Part shown: piece after piece, positions 49,251-58,101 of the stretch
How the letters are laid out: every line of letters begins with the position of its first letter
Numbering within the stretch: the first letter of the stretch is position 1
DNA from: an uncultured virus (IMG/VR IMGVR_UViG_3300006924_000001)
Lineage: Duplodnaviria > Heunggongvirae > Uroviricota > Caudoviricetes
IMG/VR virus record: IMGVR_UViG_3300006924_000001
DNA: 64,000 nucleotides
Reading direction: 5' to 3' (one strand)
The notes under the pieces: model-generated
The model's database searches: none
The model's input: the letters and a program-made list of their open reading frames with translations, nothing else
What the model was told of the DNA's origin: nothing
Program-made: the position numbers and the translations under genes

Positions 49251-49390
49251 AGGTCAAATCGGTCTTGGTTTATTCAAGCGGAAATGGCAAGACCATTTAC
49301 TACTCTTCATCAATCGGTGCTTTCTTCTTTCTCAATGACGAAGGAATGGAAGTTCAGTGCGACGCACAAGGCATGGAGGTGAAGGCATGA
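49247..49390 (+). CDS. Small hypothetical protein
   Basis: ATGA coupling. Confidence 0.55.
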   Translation: MKVKSVLVYSSGNGKTIYYSSSIGAFFFLNDEGMEVQCDAQGMEVKA

Positions 49391-49578
49391 AGACACCCTA
49401 CACCATCACCTACGCCATGTGGCAAGACTACTACGCTGTTCAACAGTCCGGAAGAATCAACATGATGTTGCACCCAAATGTCATTTACTTCATGTCACAC
49501 AACGCTTGGCAAAAGTCATTCGACCACTTTGAAACCAACGGTCAAACAGACGCCCTTACTATTGGGGTGAAAGTATGA
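49387..49578 (+). CDS. Small protein, possibly DUF5049-like
   Basis: YAVQQSGRINM motif; GGAGGTGA RBS. Confidence 0.55.
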   Translation: MKTPYTITYAMWQDYYAVQQSGRINMMLHPNVIYFMSHNAWQKSFDHFETNGQTDALTIGVKV

Positions 49579-50144
49579 GCGGCACAGCGGTCCCCATCTC
49601 ATACTTCTCCACGGAACACCTTTCCACGCACCACATGGAACAAGACGGTACCAAGATTTACCGATTTGCTGTCACCGAAAAAATGGTTCGGTACGCCACC
49701 ATCACCGGCCCAAAATCCGTTGCCGCCGCTCGTAAGTACATCGAGGAATGCGGGTACTCTTTCGGGTACGGCGAACGAGCCGACGACGGTGACTTCTCCT
49801 TCTATGGCGAAGACGAACCGGACTACGATGGCACGACCGAACCACGCCTCATTTCCCGTGGCGTCTTCTCAAAGTGCATGTTCCACGGAAGTTCCATGAC
49901 CCCACCGACCTCATACCCCAAAGAGAAATTGAGGTACATGGCCGGTTCGACCGAGTTCCAATGGGAAGAGGGTATGCACACCTTTGAATCCCGCTTCGGC
50001 TCAAACAAGCACCCAGCCGTCAAGTTCGTCACCTGCAAGAAATTGGTTGACGGTACCACCCGCATCGCCTGCAAAAATTGCCACGACCGACTTCAAACCG
50101 GCTGGCGAATCCTCCAACCACGAGCAAAGGATGGTGAAGAGTGA
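49575..50144 (+). CDS. Hypothetical protein with C-terminal Cys motifs
   Basis: ATGA coupling. Confidence 0.7.
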   Translation: MSGTAVPISYFSTEHLSTHHMEQDGTKIYRFAVTEKMVRYATITGPKSVAAARKYIEECGYSFGYGERADDGDFSFYGEDEPDYDGTTEPRLISRGVFSKCMFHGSSMTPPTSYPKEKLRYMAGSTEFQWEEGMHTFESRFGSNKHPAVKFVTCKKLVDGTTRIACKNCHDRLQTGWRILQPRAKDGEE

Positions 50145-50437
50145 TGGCGGTGGGCGACAGAACAGCGAAGCGACGCAAGCAAATCACCGACCGACTTGCT
50201 TTTGCCTTAACAACAAGTGGCAACCCGTGGACCACGACCCGTGGACTCACGGAAATGCTCGCAGACCAGCGCAAGAACCCACCGGCCAATCAGCGCAAGC
50301 GGTCCACAGTGACCATGCGCTACATGCCGACCAGCCACCAAATCGCAAAGTTCGTCAAGATGGATGAGCGGTTTGAGGAAAACCCAAACGAAAAATTGCG
50401 ACAAAAGGAATACCGACTAAAGCAGGTGGAACAATGA
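50144..50437 (+). CDS. Winged-helix protein (DUF3860-like?)
   Basis: TTTRGLTEML...YMPTSHQIAKFVK. Confidence 0.55.
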   Translation: MAVGDRTAKRRKQITDRLAFALTTSGNPWTTTRGLTEMLADQRKNPPANQRKRSTVTMRYMPTSHQIAKFVKMDERFEENPNEKLRQKEYRLKQVEQ

Positions 50438-50943
50438 TGATTCTATTCTCACTCGATGGTGCCTCACCACAGTTCTTCGCCGGTCTTGGCAGTCCGTGGC
50501 GCATCACCACAGACATTTCGTTCGCCACCAAAGTGTCCGATTCAAACCGAGAACTCTATCGCAGGGGTCTTGAAAAGTACACAGGAATCACTTGGCAAGC
50601 CGCCCCACTCAAAGAACTATTGCCCCAAAAGTTCTTCTCATGTACCGAGTGTGCAATCTCTTGGTCGCACGAAGAAGGCATGTGCGCCATCGCAGGTGGA
50701 GAAGATTTGGTCGTGTATGGTCCCGAAGACTTTGGCATTCCCATCGGCAGTCCACTGTACAACCCAGCGGAACGACAAGCATTCATCAACGCAATCAAGA
50801 GTCCGGCGCAATGCCATTCGTGCCGTGACCTGTTCTGTTCCGAACACAAACCCAACACTCGTGGCAAGGGTGCGAACCTTTGCAAGCCCTGCTACAAGAA
50901 GCAGAAAATCACCGAAAGAAAAGCAAGGGAGAGTCGCCGATAA
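50434..50943 (+). CDS. Cys-rich Zn-binding protein
   Basis: CTEC, CHSC...C..H and CKPC. Confidence 0.65.
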   Translation: MMILFSLDGASPQFFAGLGSPWRITTDISFATKVSDSNRELYRRGLEKYTGITWQAAPLKELLPQKFFSCTECAISWSHEEGMCAIAGGEDLVVYGPEDFGIPIGSPLYNPAERQAFINAIKSPAQCHSCRDLFCSEHKPNTRGKGANLCKPCYKKQKITERKARESRR

Positions 50944-50956
50944 GCCTCTCTCTCTC

Positions 50957-50990
50957 TTTAGTCGGGCCACCGGTACCTTTAAATAGTATG
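50957..50990 (+). promoter_or_regulatory. Early promoter (box-BRE-TATA)
   Basis: TTTAGTCGGGCCACCGGTACCTTTAAATAGTA. Confidence 0.8.
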
Positions 50991-51048
50991 ACAATGTACT
51001 TAATTTGTAGGCAGACAACCCGACACACCCAAAACAGGAGAGATACAC

Positions 51049-51489
51049 ATGACCCAAAACACAGATATAATTGACGCAACACTACGCAAGTACGATTACA
51101 CCGACAACCTTGCAAAGTTCATTGAACGAATGACCAAAAGAGGTTTCACAATCGCTCGCTTCTTCACGATGCCCGACAAGTACGACCTTTACCACCTCAT
51201 CGACCAGTGCGGCCACGCTCTTGACTACCATGAGATTGCACACCAAGCACTGAACTTTGAACACACCAACATCACCTTCCAATACGGCATTCGACACGAG
51301 GGCGTCATGGAACCAAACAGTTACCGACAGACCATCAGCGTGATGCTCACAGGCGACCCGTGGTGCGATGTAATACCAATCAATGATTGGACTTTCAGCA
51401 ACCGAGGACCGGATGCTGTGGAGGAAATCGTCAACGCACTTCGCACCGAGATACTTGTTGAAGACGCACTTCAACCAAAGGAGGTGTGA
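51049..51489 (+). CDS. Hypothetical protein
   Basis: AGGAG RBS after the promoter. Confidence 0.75.
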   Translation: MTQNTDIIDATLRKYDYTDNLAKFIERMTKRGFTIARFFTMPDKYDLYHLIDQCGHALDYHEIAHQALNFEHTNITFQYGIRHEGVMEPNSYRQTISVMLTGDPWCDVIPINDWTFSNRGPDAVEEIVNALRTEILVEDALQPKEV

Positions 51490-51492
51490 AGT

Positions 51493-51681
51493 ATGGAACA
51501 GTACAAACAAATACTTTCCGAAATACTTGACATTCTTGAAGGTGGAGATGTTTCACTTGACTTTGAACACATGCCGACTGCGGCCACAAGCATTCGCATC
51601 ATTGCCGACATTGCCAAAAACGCATTGAGCGGAATCGAAGAGATACAAAAAGTTCACGAAATGTTGGAGGGGTTGGAATGA
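51493..51681 (+). CDS. Small helical protein
   Basis: GGAGGTG RBS. Confidence 0.65.
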   Translation: MEQYKQILSEILDILEGGDVSLDFEHMPTAATSIRIIADIAKNALSGIEEIQKVHEMLEGLE

Positions 51682-51911
51682 GCATCAAGTTCACCATCAA
51701 CGATTACGCTAACAACATGGATGCGTTGCTCGCCATCAACAAACAATGTGCCGCCGATATACAACAGGTTGCGGTTGATGCAATCCGAATCATCACAGAA
51801 CTATGCCACAGCCTCAACATGGACCCGACGACTCTCACAGCAACGCTCACCCAACGACTCATGCAAGCCCACCAAGAAGCCATGAACGCAGTACAGGGGT
51901 TGCAAGAATGA
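51678..51911 (+). CDS. Small helical protein
   Basis: GGAGG RBS; ATGA coupling. Confidence 0.65.
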   Translation: MSIKFTINDYANNMDALLAINKQCAADIQQVAVDAIRIITELCHSLNMDPTTLTATLTQRLMQAHQEAMNAVQGLQE

Positions 51912-52456
51912 ACATATTCGCACTTTCCGACTGCCCCGTCGCGGCGGCTCGCATGGTATGCGATTCTCACGCAAGCAAGATGTGTGTGGAAAGCGTACAG
52001 ATGCTCGTTTCGGGCCTGCTCAACAACGGCGCACCTGCTTACAAGATGCCCCTCACCAAGACGACCGGCAAGCCACACAAGGGCGGGTACAAAAACCACC
52101 CAGCAACAAAGTGGGCCTCCGAAAGTGTCGGCAATTGGATTTGGCTTTTCAGCCACGCCCAAGAACTATGCCGCCAATTCCAAGTACGATTTGGTAAAAC
52201 CCATTTTGCCGAAGAACAATTGAGGCAATTGAAAGGAGCAGTGGTTTGGACAGACTACATACCCGACACAAAAAGAACAGATTTCGCTCGTTGCCTCAAC
52301 CAATCTCAAGGTCGCAATCTCGACCTGCTCGACACCAAAAAGTACACCGCAGTCGAGGCATACCGCATCTTTTATAACCGAGAAAAGAGTGGCTTTGCTC
52401 GTTGGGACAAGGGCGTACCTGCGCCTTCTTGGTGGAACCCGACGGAGGTTATTTGA
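51908..52456 (+). CDS. Pyrimidine-dimer DNA glycosylase-like protein (DenV-related family)
   Basis: MNIF.L...P..AA...CD.H..KM..E..QML, NHP...W and VEAYR.FY. Confidence 0.8.
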   Translation: MNIFALSDCPVAAARMVCDSHASKMCVESVQMLVSGLLNNGAPAYKMPLTKTTGKPHKGGYKNHPATKWASESVGNWIWLFSHAQELCRQFQVRFGKTHFAEEQLRQLKGAVVWTDYIPDTKRTDFARCLNQSQGRNLDLLDTKKYTAVEAYRIFYNREKSGFARWDKGVPAPSWWNPTEVI

Positions 52457-52753
52457 ATGGCACGAATCAAGCGTCTTGCTCTAAAAAATCGAATCATACG
52501 AGTTCTCAAAGAGAATGACGATAGAATTATTTCCGCAAAAGAAATGAAGGACTTGCTCATCGCCTCCGGCTTGAGTTCGTCATACATACCTACTTCCAAC
52601 GGAGTCGCACAGACCATGAGAATTATGAAAGGTGTGAACTCTCGCACTGTCAGCATGAAAGGCGTCGCAGACGAAACATATTTGAGTGAGGGCTACTACC
52701 TTGAAAGCGAAGACGCATGGAAAGCATGGGTCGCCGCTAAGGTGAAACAATGA
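52457..52753 (+). CDS. Winged-helix protein (DUF3860-like?)
   Basis: ISAKEMKDLL...YIPTSNGVAQTMR. Confidence 0.6.
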   Translation: MARIKRLALKNRIIRVLKENDDRIISAKEMKDLLIASGLSSSYIPTSNGVAQTMRIMKGVNSRTVSMKGVADETYLSEGYYLESEDAWKAWVAAKVKQ

Positions 52754-53589
52754 AGATAGGTACTTGGCTCTTTTCTCCAACAGACAAATTATCAGTATCT
52801 TTCTATTACCCTTACAGTAAAAAGAGATACGCCACAAAATCAGCGTCGTACATCTTTCAACCGTACTTCGGAATCGACACGCCGAGTGGCGAAGTCATAC
52901 TACACGGCAAGAGAGCCTTGTGGTCCCTACTCGACGCACTGTTCCCCGACGACCCGCTACCACGCATACCTATCAACAACGACTTGAAGCACCCCACGAT
53001 GGGGAAGGTCGTGCTAAACGGGCTACTGCAAGACCCTACTGCATGGCCCCACCTTCGATTACAAATACGAGATGGGGATTGGGTTGACCACCAAGCCCAC
53101 CCGACTAAAGGAACATTTTGTTTGAGCGCATCGCCAAGTGCATCGGAGATTGACATTACCCCTAATCTTCTGCTACTCGCAGGGGAATACAAAAATTCGT
53201 ACAGTATTCCCTTAACTTTTCAAACGAGAACGAGAATAAAAACAGTTCCCGCAATAGTGATTACTTTACCGGAAGACGAAAATTACAAAGTCGTAATAAT
53301 GGATAGTATTGGGGGAAACCATGTTATCTTTTCGGTTATCGAAAAAGAGGGGTCCGGTTTCCGACCACAAAGGCACGATACCTTTCCTGTTTCGGGACTT
53401 GAAAAAATGACTGAAAATATCGGGGAAAGGTTGGATTTACTTTCCACAATCTTCCGTAGTAATTTTGTATTCCCTCAATTGAAACCTTTGGGTAACGGAA
53501 TGAGGTTTGTCGAGAGGGATGATTTAGAGTTCCGAAGGTTCCAATCGTGCAATTCTTTTTCCTCTTTGAGCGACTCACTGAAAGAATAA
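52750..53589 (+). CDS. Hypothetical protein ending at palindromic element B
   Basis: 279-aa ORF, ATGA coupled. Confidence 0.7.
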   Translation: MKIGTWLFSPTDKLSVSFYYPYSKKRYATKSASYIFQPYFGIDTPSGEVILHGKRALWSLLDALFPDDPLPRIPINNDLKHPTMGKVVLNGLLQDPTAWPHLRLQIRDGDWVDHQAHPTKGTFCLSASPSASEIDITPNLLLLAGEYKNSYSIPLTFQTRTRIKTVPAIVITLPEDENYKVVIMDSIGGNHVIFSVIEKEGSGFRPQRHDTFPVSGLEKMTENIGERLDLLSTIFRSNFVFPQLKPLGNGMRFVERDDLEFRRFQSCNSFSSLSDSLKE

Positions 53590-53745
53590 AACGCTACACT
53601 GCGAGCCTGTTTTCTAATTCTTTCATTACTTCATAGGTATTTCAGTAAAGGCTTCCTATCTTAGTTAATACTTCTTTTCTTAAACCTCTATGAAACAAAA
53701 AAAGAATTAACACATTTGGGCGCAGTACAGCGTTTATTTCTTTTT
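53585..53745. repeat. Palindromic AT-rich element, copy B (candidate origin)
   Basis: AAACGCTACACTGCG...CGCAGTACAGCGTTT arms around an AT-rich core. Confidence 0.8.
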
Positions 53746-53803
53746 CGGATTCTCAAATCAACAAAAACAAAGCCCTTATAACCCTACATACCCACCACAA
53801 GAT

Positions 53804-54220
53804 ATGGGCAAGCGAAACAACAACCGACTGGCGGAGAGGGTATGGTCATTCTTGATTAACCACGACGACGCCATGACCACCACATCTATCCACAAGCACC
53901 TCACCAATGTGTACGGTGTTCGTGACATACCAAAGCAACAGACTTTGACCCAAGTCCTTCTCCAATCTCGTATGTTCAAGAGGGTCGGATGGTTCAACGA
54001 GTCCACCAACCAAACCCATCCCTTCACCGGAAGTATGAGCGCACTGAACCGAGCCACCGGCATTCCAAGCACCAACCTTGTGTGCATCTTAGAGGCCCGT
54101 ACAATGGAAGAAGTATGCAAACCCTACCTCGACCCCACTGCTTCACCTCTTCGCCGCTTAGACCGTATGCCAGCGTTTGTACGAAGGCATGTCGAAACCC
54201 TACGAGGTGAGTCCCAATGA
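53804..54220 (+). CDS. Winged-helix protein (DUF3860-like?)
   Basis: MTTTSIHKHL...DIPKQQTLTQVL...FKRVG; leaderless promoter at ~53775. Confidence 0.65.
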   Translation: MGKRNNNRLAERVWSFLINHDDAMTTTSIHKHLTNVYGVRDIPKQQTLTQVLLQSRMFKRVGWFNESTNQTHPFTGSMSALNRATGIPSTNLVCILEARTMEEVCKPYLDPTASPLRRLDRMPAFVRRHVETLRGESQ

Positions 54221-54975
54221 AGATGATGCAAACCTTCCGTGACATTGACATTTTCCTCAACGACGGCACTAAAAAGATTAACGCCACAAATACTTTCATC
54301 TATGTCGAAGGTGAGTACGGTTTCATCCCTCTCATTTGTGGCAAGGCCGTTGAAGCGAAGGGTTACGAGATTGGCGAGATGGCATCGAGGTATCAAAATG
54401 TCGAATCGTTCAACCGCTTCCCAAAACCAAACCTCCCAACATGGCGAATCACCCAAGTCAATGAAGATACTGTTTTTATCGCTATAACTAATTGGTTCCC
54501 GAACAGTGACGGACAAGGAGAGCCGAACCCCACCCTTTGGAGTAACTCGTACCCAGCCATGAAGTCCTTGCTCACTTGGCTACAACAGAACGGATGCAAG
54601 AAGGTGACCACCTTGACCAGCATGAACATCCTCGACGCAGAACAGAACCCTTCGGTCCATGTGCATGAGTCGCATCACGGTTGGCAATCCAAGTACGACG
54701 AAGACCACGAATCATACCTCGCCCTCCCTGCTTGGTCATTCCCGTGGCTCGCAGACAAAATGGGTATGTACGGTCGATGCGTTGTCACCAGTCAAGACGA
54801 AGGACAGTTCATTGACTACGACGCACTTGCCAAGACACAGATTTGGTTGGCATTGCAAGGTATCGAATGGGACACCGATGTTATGGGCGCAACAATCAAG
54901 ATGTTGAATAGTGTCGAAACGGAACTTTCAAGTCAAGGCTTCGATGAGGATGGTTCGATGGGGGAGTTCCAATGA
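54217..54975 (+). CDS. Divergent PAC2 (proteasome assembly chaperone)-like protein
   Basis: Motif order G.YG.I..I, LL.WL...G.KKV.TL, GM.G.CVV, IDYDA, GI.WDTD. Confidence 0.5.
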   Translation: MKMMQTFRDIDIFLNDGTKKINATNTFIYVEGEYGFIPLICGKAVEAKGYEIGEMASRYQNVESFNRFPKPNLPTWRITQVNEDTVFIAITNWFPNSDGQGEPNPTLWSNSYPAMKSLLTWLQQNGCKKVTTLTSMNILDAEQNPSVHVHESHHGWQSKYDEDHESYLALPAWSFPWLADKMGMYGRCVVTSQDEGQFIDYDALAKTQIWLALQGIEWDTDVMGATIKMLNSVETELSSQGFDEDGSMGEFQ

Positions 54976-56306
54976 CGCAGATTATTGACCGAATACTTAA
55001 CTTCGCAAAGGCGAACTATTATGTCGATGTTGAAGACAAAATCCCAATCTTTGTCACTTCGATTGGCGCACACATTTTCAACGCAATCAACAAGTGTAGC
55101 CGATGCGACTTCGACCCGTTGCACAACGCAGACTTCAACATCCCCACCTGCCCCTTGCGACATTCCTTCGCACCGATTTACACGCCAATGTCACAATTGG
55201 CAGACACACGAGTTCACATCTTGATGCGTGGTGAGAAGGGTTCCGGTAAAAGTATGCTCATCAATATGTTTCTCGCAGAAGGCACCGGACTACTTTACAC
55301 CCCAACGGCGTTTGAAGATGGTTCCGGATTCCGGACAATGCTCGGCCCTAACTCAATCACCGAAGCCGGTATGTTCGGCTCGGTTGACGAAGATGGAAAC
55401 ATCGTCGGTCGCCCTCTCGCTCGTGACATGTGTGGCGGATTCCTCGGCTTTGAAGAATCGTCTTCGCTCACCGATGCAAACAAGAAAGACCACAGCGTTG
55501 ACATGAAGAACCAGTTACTTACCTCCCTCGACAACGGTCGTGTTGAGAAGGCCATGCGAAGCGGAAGGGTTCGTTACAATACTCGTTATACTATGTGGGG
55601 AGGTACTCAACCTTCACGCCTTGAGATGGAGTCCGGTCTTGACCGAAGACTGTTCATCATCGACATTGAGATGAGTCCGGAGAAAGAGGCGGCGTACAAG
55701 ACGGCGCAACACAAGCAGGTCAACATGACCCGTGAAGACCGAGCAATTCTTGCCGAAGAAGTAATCCACATTCGGAATTGGATTAACACACGGATGCTCG
55801 ACGCAATCTTCGACCCGCCGAGCGGAGTTCACTTTTCCGACGAGTTAGGTGCTTGGTTGGACCGACCCGACATTCGTTCTTTTGAGTCCGACCTGTTCCG
55901 AAGAATCGCAATCGGCTACGCCATGATGTGTGACAATTGGGTGGGCAACCAAGTCCTCAAGATTGCTCTTGACGAAAAATTACTCAAGATTCTTGAGGCC
56001 GCTCTTGTCATGCGACGGTCGGTTATGGATTCCGACGCACGACTCATCAAGGATGCGTTTTGGATGCAAGACATTACCAAGTCCACCTTGCTCAAGGAAA
56101 TCGCTCGTATCATCACCCGTGGTGACTACACAGCGGCGAAGCGATGGATTGACGACAACCTCGTCAACCAACCGTGGTACTGTGAATATACCCCCAAGAC
56201 TAAGGGGCGAGGTCGCAAGGGTGTCATGTGTCGAATCGGTACCATGACCGACCCAGCACAAGTCGTACAGAAGTGGGGAGGTGAATCTGATGAGAAGTCA
56301 GCGTGA
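54972..56306 (+). CDS. MCM-like AAA+ helicase lacking the N-terminal domain
   Basis: GEKGSGKS, S.TEAGM.GS, GGFLGFEE, LL.SLD.G.V and SGLDRR arginine finger. Confidence 0.75.
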   Translation: MTQIIDRILNFAKANYYVDVEDKIPIFVTSIGAHIFNAINKCSRCDFDPLHNADFNIPTCPLRHSFAPIYTPMSQLADTRVHILMRGEKGSGKSMLINMFLAEGTGLLYTPTAFEDGSGFRTMLGPNSITEAGMFGSVDEDGNIVGRPLARDMCGGFLGFEESSSLTDANKKDHSVDMKNQLLTSLDNGRVEKAMRSGRVRYNTRYTMWGGTQPSRLEMESGLDRRLFIIDIEMSPEKEAAYKTAQHKQVNMTREDRAILAEEVIHIRNWINTRMLDAIFDPPSGVHFSDELGAWLDRPDIRSFESDLFRRIAIGYAMMCDNWVGNQVLKIALDEKLLKILEAALVMRRSVMDSDARLIKDAFWMQDITKSTLLKEIARIITRGDYTAAKRWIDDNLVNQPWYCEYTPKTKGRGRKGVMCRIGTMTDPAQVVQKWGGESDEKSA

Positions 56307-56913
56307 GATTGAACAACGACTTGCCAGCGAAGGCAACGCATTGAACATCGAAACCCTGCGCTGGGTTCTTGATACTCCCGAATGCCCCATGTGTGGTATC
56401 TCAACCCGAAAAGAACTTGAGGTCGAAATCCATGTGGGCGATGTGAGTACCTCGTATCTTGAAGAGAAGTATTCGTGGCCTGTTGGCACTGTTATGGAAC
56501 ACATGGATAACCATGTGGACTACGACCCCGAAGAGGCGAAGCACATGGAAGCCATGCGCTATGAGTCCATCAACACACTCGATGCGGCACAGGACATTGT
56601 GAGCAGGCTTCTCGGTTGGCTCGATGAACTTGAGTCGATGAAGGACAGTCAAGGTGGCATCACTTCCGAGTGGGTCACCGACGCCGCAAAATTAGTGGCC
56701 CAAGCAAACACTTCCCTCCGACTCGTCGGACAATTGAAGAAAGAGATTGGGGTTGACTCTCAATTATTGTTAGCGCAAAAACAAATGGATGGCGTCATGG
56801 GTGTGCTTGTGAACACCCTCCGTGACGAGCCTAAATTGCTTGACATGATTGAGTTACAGGTTGCCGCTTTGAAGCCGCCTACACACACCGTTGATGTGGA
56901 TTGGGAGGATTGA
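56290..56913 (+). CDS. CxxC...H...H Zn/HTH coiled-coil protein
   Basis: CPMC...HMDNH followed by helical repeats. Confidence 0.7.
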   Translation: MRSQREIEQRLASEGNALNIETLRWVLDTPECPMCGISTRKELEVEIHVGDVSTSYLEEKYSWPVGTVMEHMDNHVDYDPEEAKHMEAMRYESINTLDAAQDIVSRLLGWLDELESMKDSQGGITSEWVTDAAKLVAQANTSLRLVGQLKKEIGVDSQLLLAQKQMDGVMGVLVNTLRDEPKLLDMIELQVAALKPPTHTVDVDWED

Positions 56914-56915
56914 GC

Positions 56916-57197
56916 ATGGAGTGGAGAAAGGGTCCGAAGAACAGCCTCTATGCTCGTCGCATTCAGCGTTCCGAGTACCCGCAGTTAATCGCCGCCATGA
57001 TGGAGCATGGTACCATGTGTTTGATTACAGACAAGGGTTTGGTTTGGTACTACGGACCCTATGTTATCCAAAGTATTGTTGTCCGAAAAGTATGGGGTAT
57101 CAGTCACGCTCAAATGCAACGCTTGAAGACTCACATACTGGAACAAGACCCGTGGGGAGGTACGGAGTATGCAGGGCATCGTTATCTTGACGAGTGA
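56916..57197 (+). CDS. Hypothetical protein
   Basis: GGAGG RBS. Confidence 0.65.
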   Translation: MEWRKGPKNSLYARRIQRSEYPQLIAAMMEHGTMCLITDKGLVWYYGPYVIQSIVVRKVWGISHAQMQRLKTHILEQDPWGGTEYAGHRYLDE

Positions 57198-57843
57198 TGA
57201 ACGAGCGTATCGGGTCGGCAATGTTGTCGAAACCCGTGGTATCGAGTTCCCACCCGTCGCTCCAAACACAACATACATCATTCACGGTGTTAAGGTCACC
57301 GAAAAAGAAATCAAGCGGTGGACCGATGTTGTTTCGTATCGGATGGTTTTCGTTATTGACAAGTTACCTAAATTGTCAAAGAAAATTAAGGAAGAAATAA
57401 TCGTGGACAAGAGTCTTAAGGCTGGGTCCACTGGATTCAAGCGGGAAGTGGACATGATGTTTCGTTGGGACAACCGTACTCGTGTGTTCACAGAAATGGG
57501 CAAGAACCCAATACCTATACCTCTCGCATTGTCTTTCCTACGCAAGAATAGGGTTGAGGAAATAGAACTTTGGAGATTGTTATCACAGACCAAGTTCACC
57601 CTACCGGCGATGTACACCGAAGCCCTTTTCGCATACGCTGTGCGACCACGGAGAGGTATGTGGCAGTGGCCGAGTAAGTCTGTGAAACACGAATCTCCAC
57701 CCGACGGCTTCCGAGAAAGTGATAAGTATTGGCGCAACATTATTGCTCTCGATGTTGAAACAAGAAACGAACTGCGAGAGAAGGGCGGACCACTCCCGAA
57801 GGATGTGAAAAAGAAATCGGAGGCAAGGGTCGAATGGCTGTGA
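57169..57843 (+). CDS. Hypothetical protein
   Basis: 224-aa ORF; GGAGG RBS. Confidence 0.7.
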   Translation: MQGIVILTSDERAYRVGNVVETRGIEFPPVAPNTTYIIHGVKVTEKEIKRWTDVVSYRMVFVIDKLPKLSKKIKEEIIVDKSLKAGSTGFKREVDMMFRWDNRTRVFTEMGKNPIPIPLALSFLRKNRVEEIELWRLLSQTKFTLPAMYTEALFAYAVRPRRGMWQWPSKSVKHESPPDGFRESDKYWRNIIALDVETRNELREKGGPLPKDVKKKSEARVEWL

Positions 57844-58058
57844 TGGATGTTCTTGTTTTCATTATTTTCTTTGCTTCTCTTGGATTCAACGGTTACTTGA
57901 TGATGAGAGTTATTGAACTTCAAATCATGTACGGCCACGCTCCCCGACTGAATAGTGTCGGTGTACCCAACCCGTACCAACCTGCTCACATGGAAGCGGC
58001 TCAACGGGCCGAGGAAGCGGCGGTCGTTATGGATGCGCTGATGTGGTATGACTCATAA
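57843..58058 (+). CDS. Small membrane protein
   Basis: N-terminal hydrophobic helix; TGATG coupling. Confidence 0.6.
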   Translation: MDVLVFIIFFASLGFNGYLMMRVIELQIMYGHAPRLNSVGVPNPYQPAHMEAAQRAEEAAVVMDALMWYDS

Positions 58059-58101
58059 CTGTTGAGGCAACATTAAATAAATCACTTGCTTGGGACCAAC
58101 C

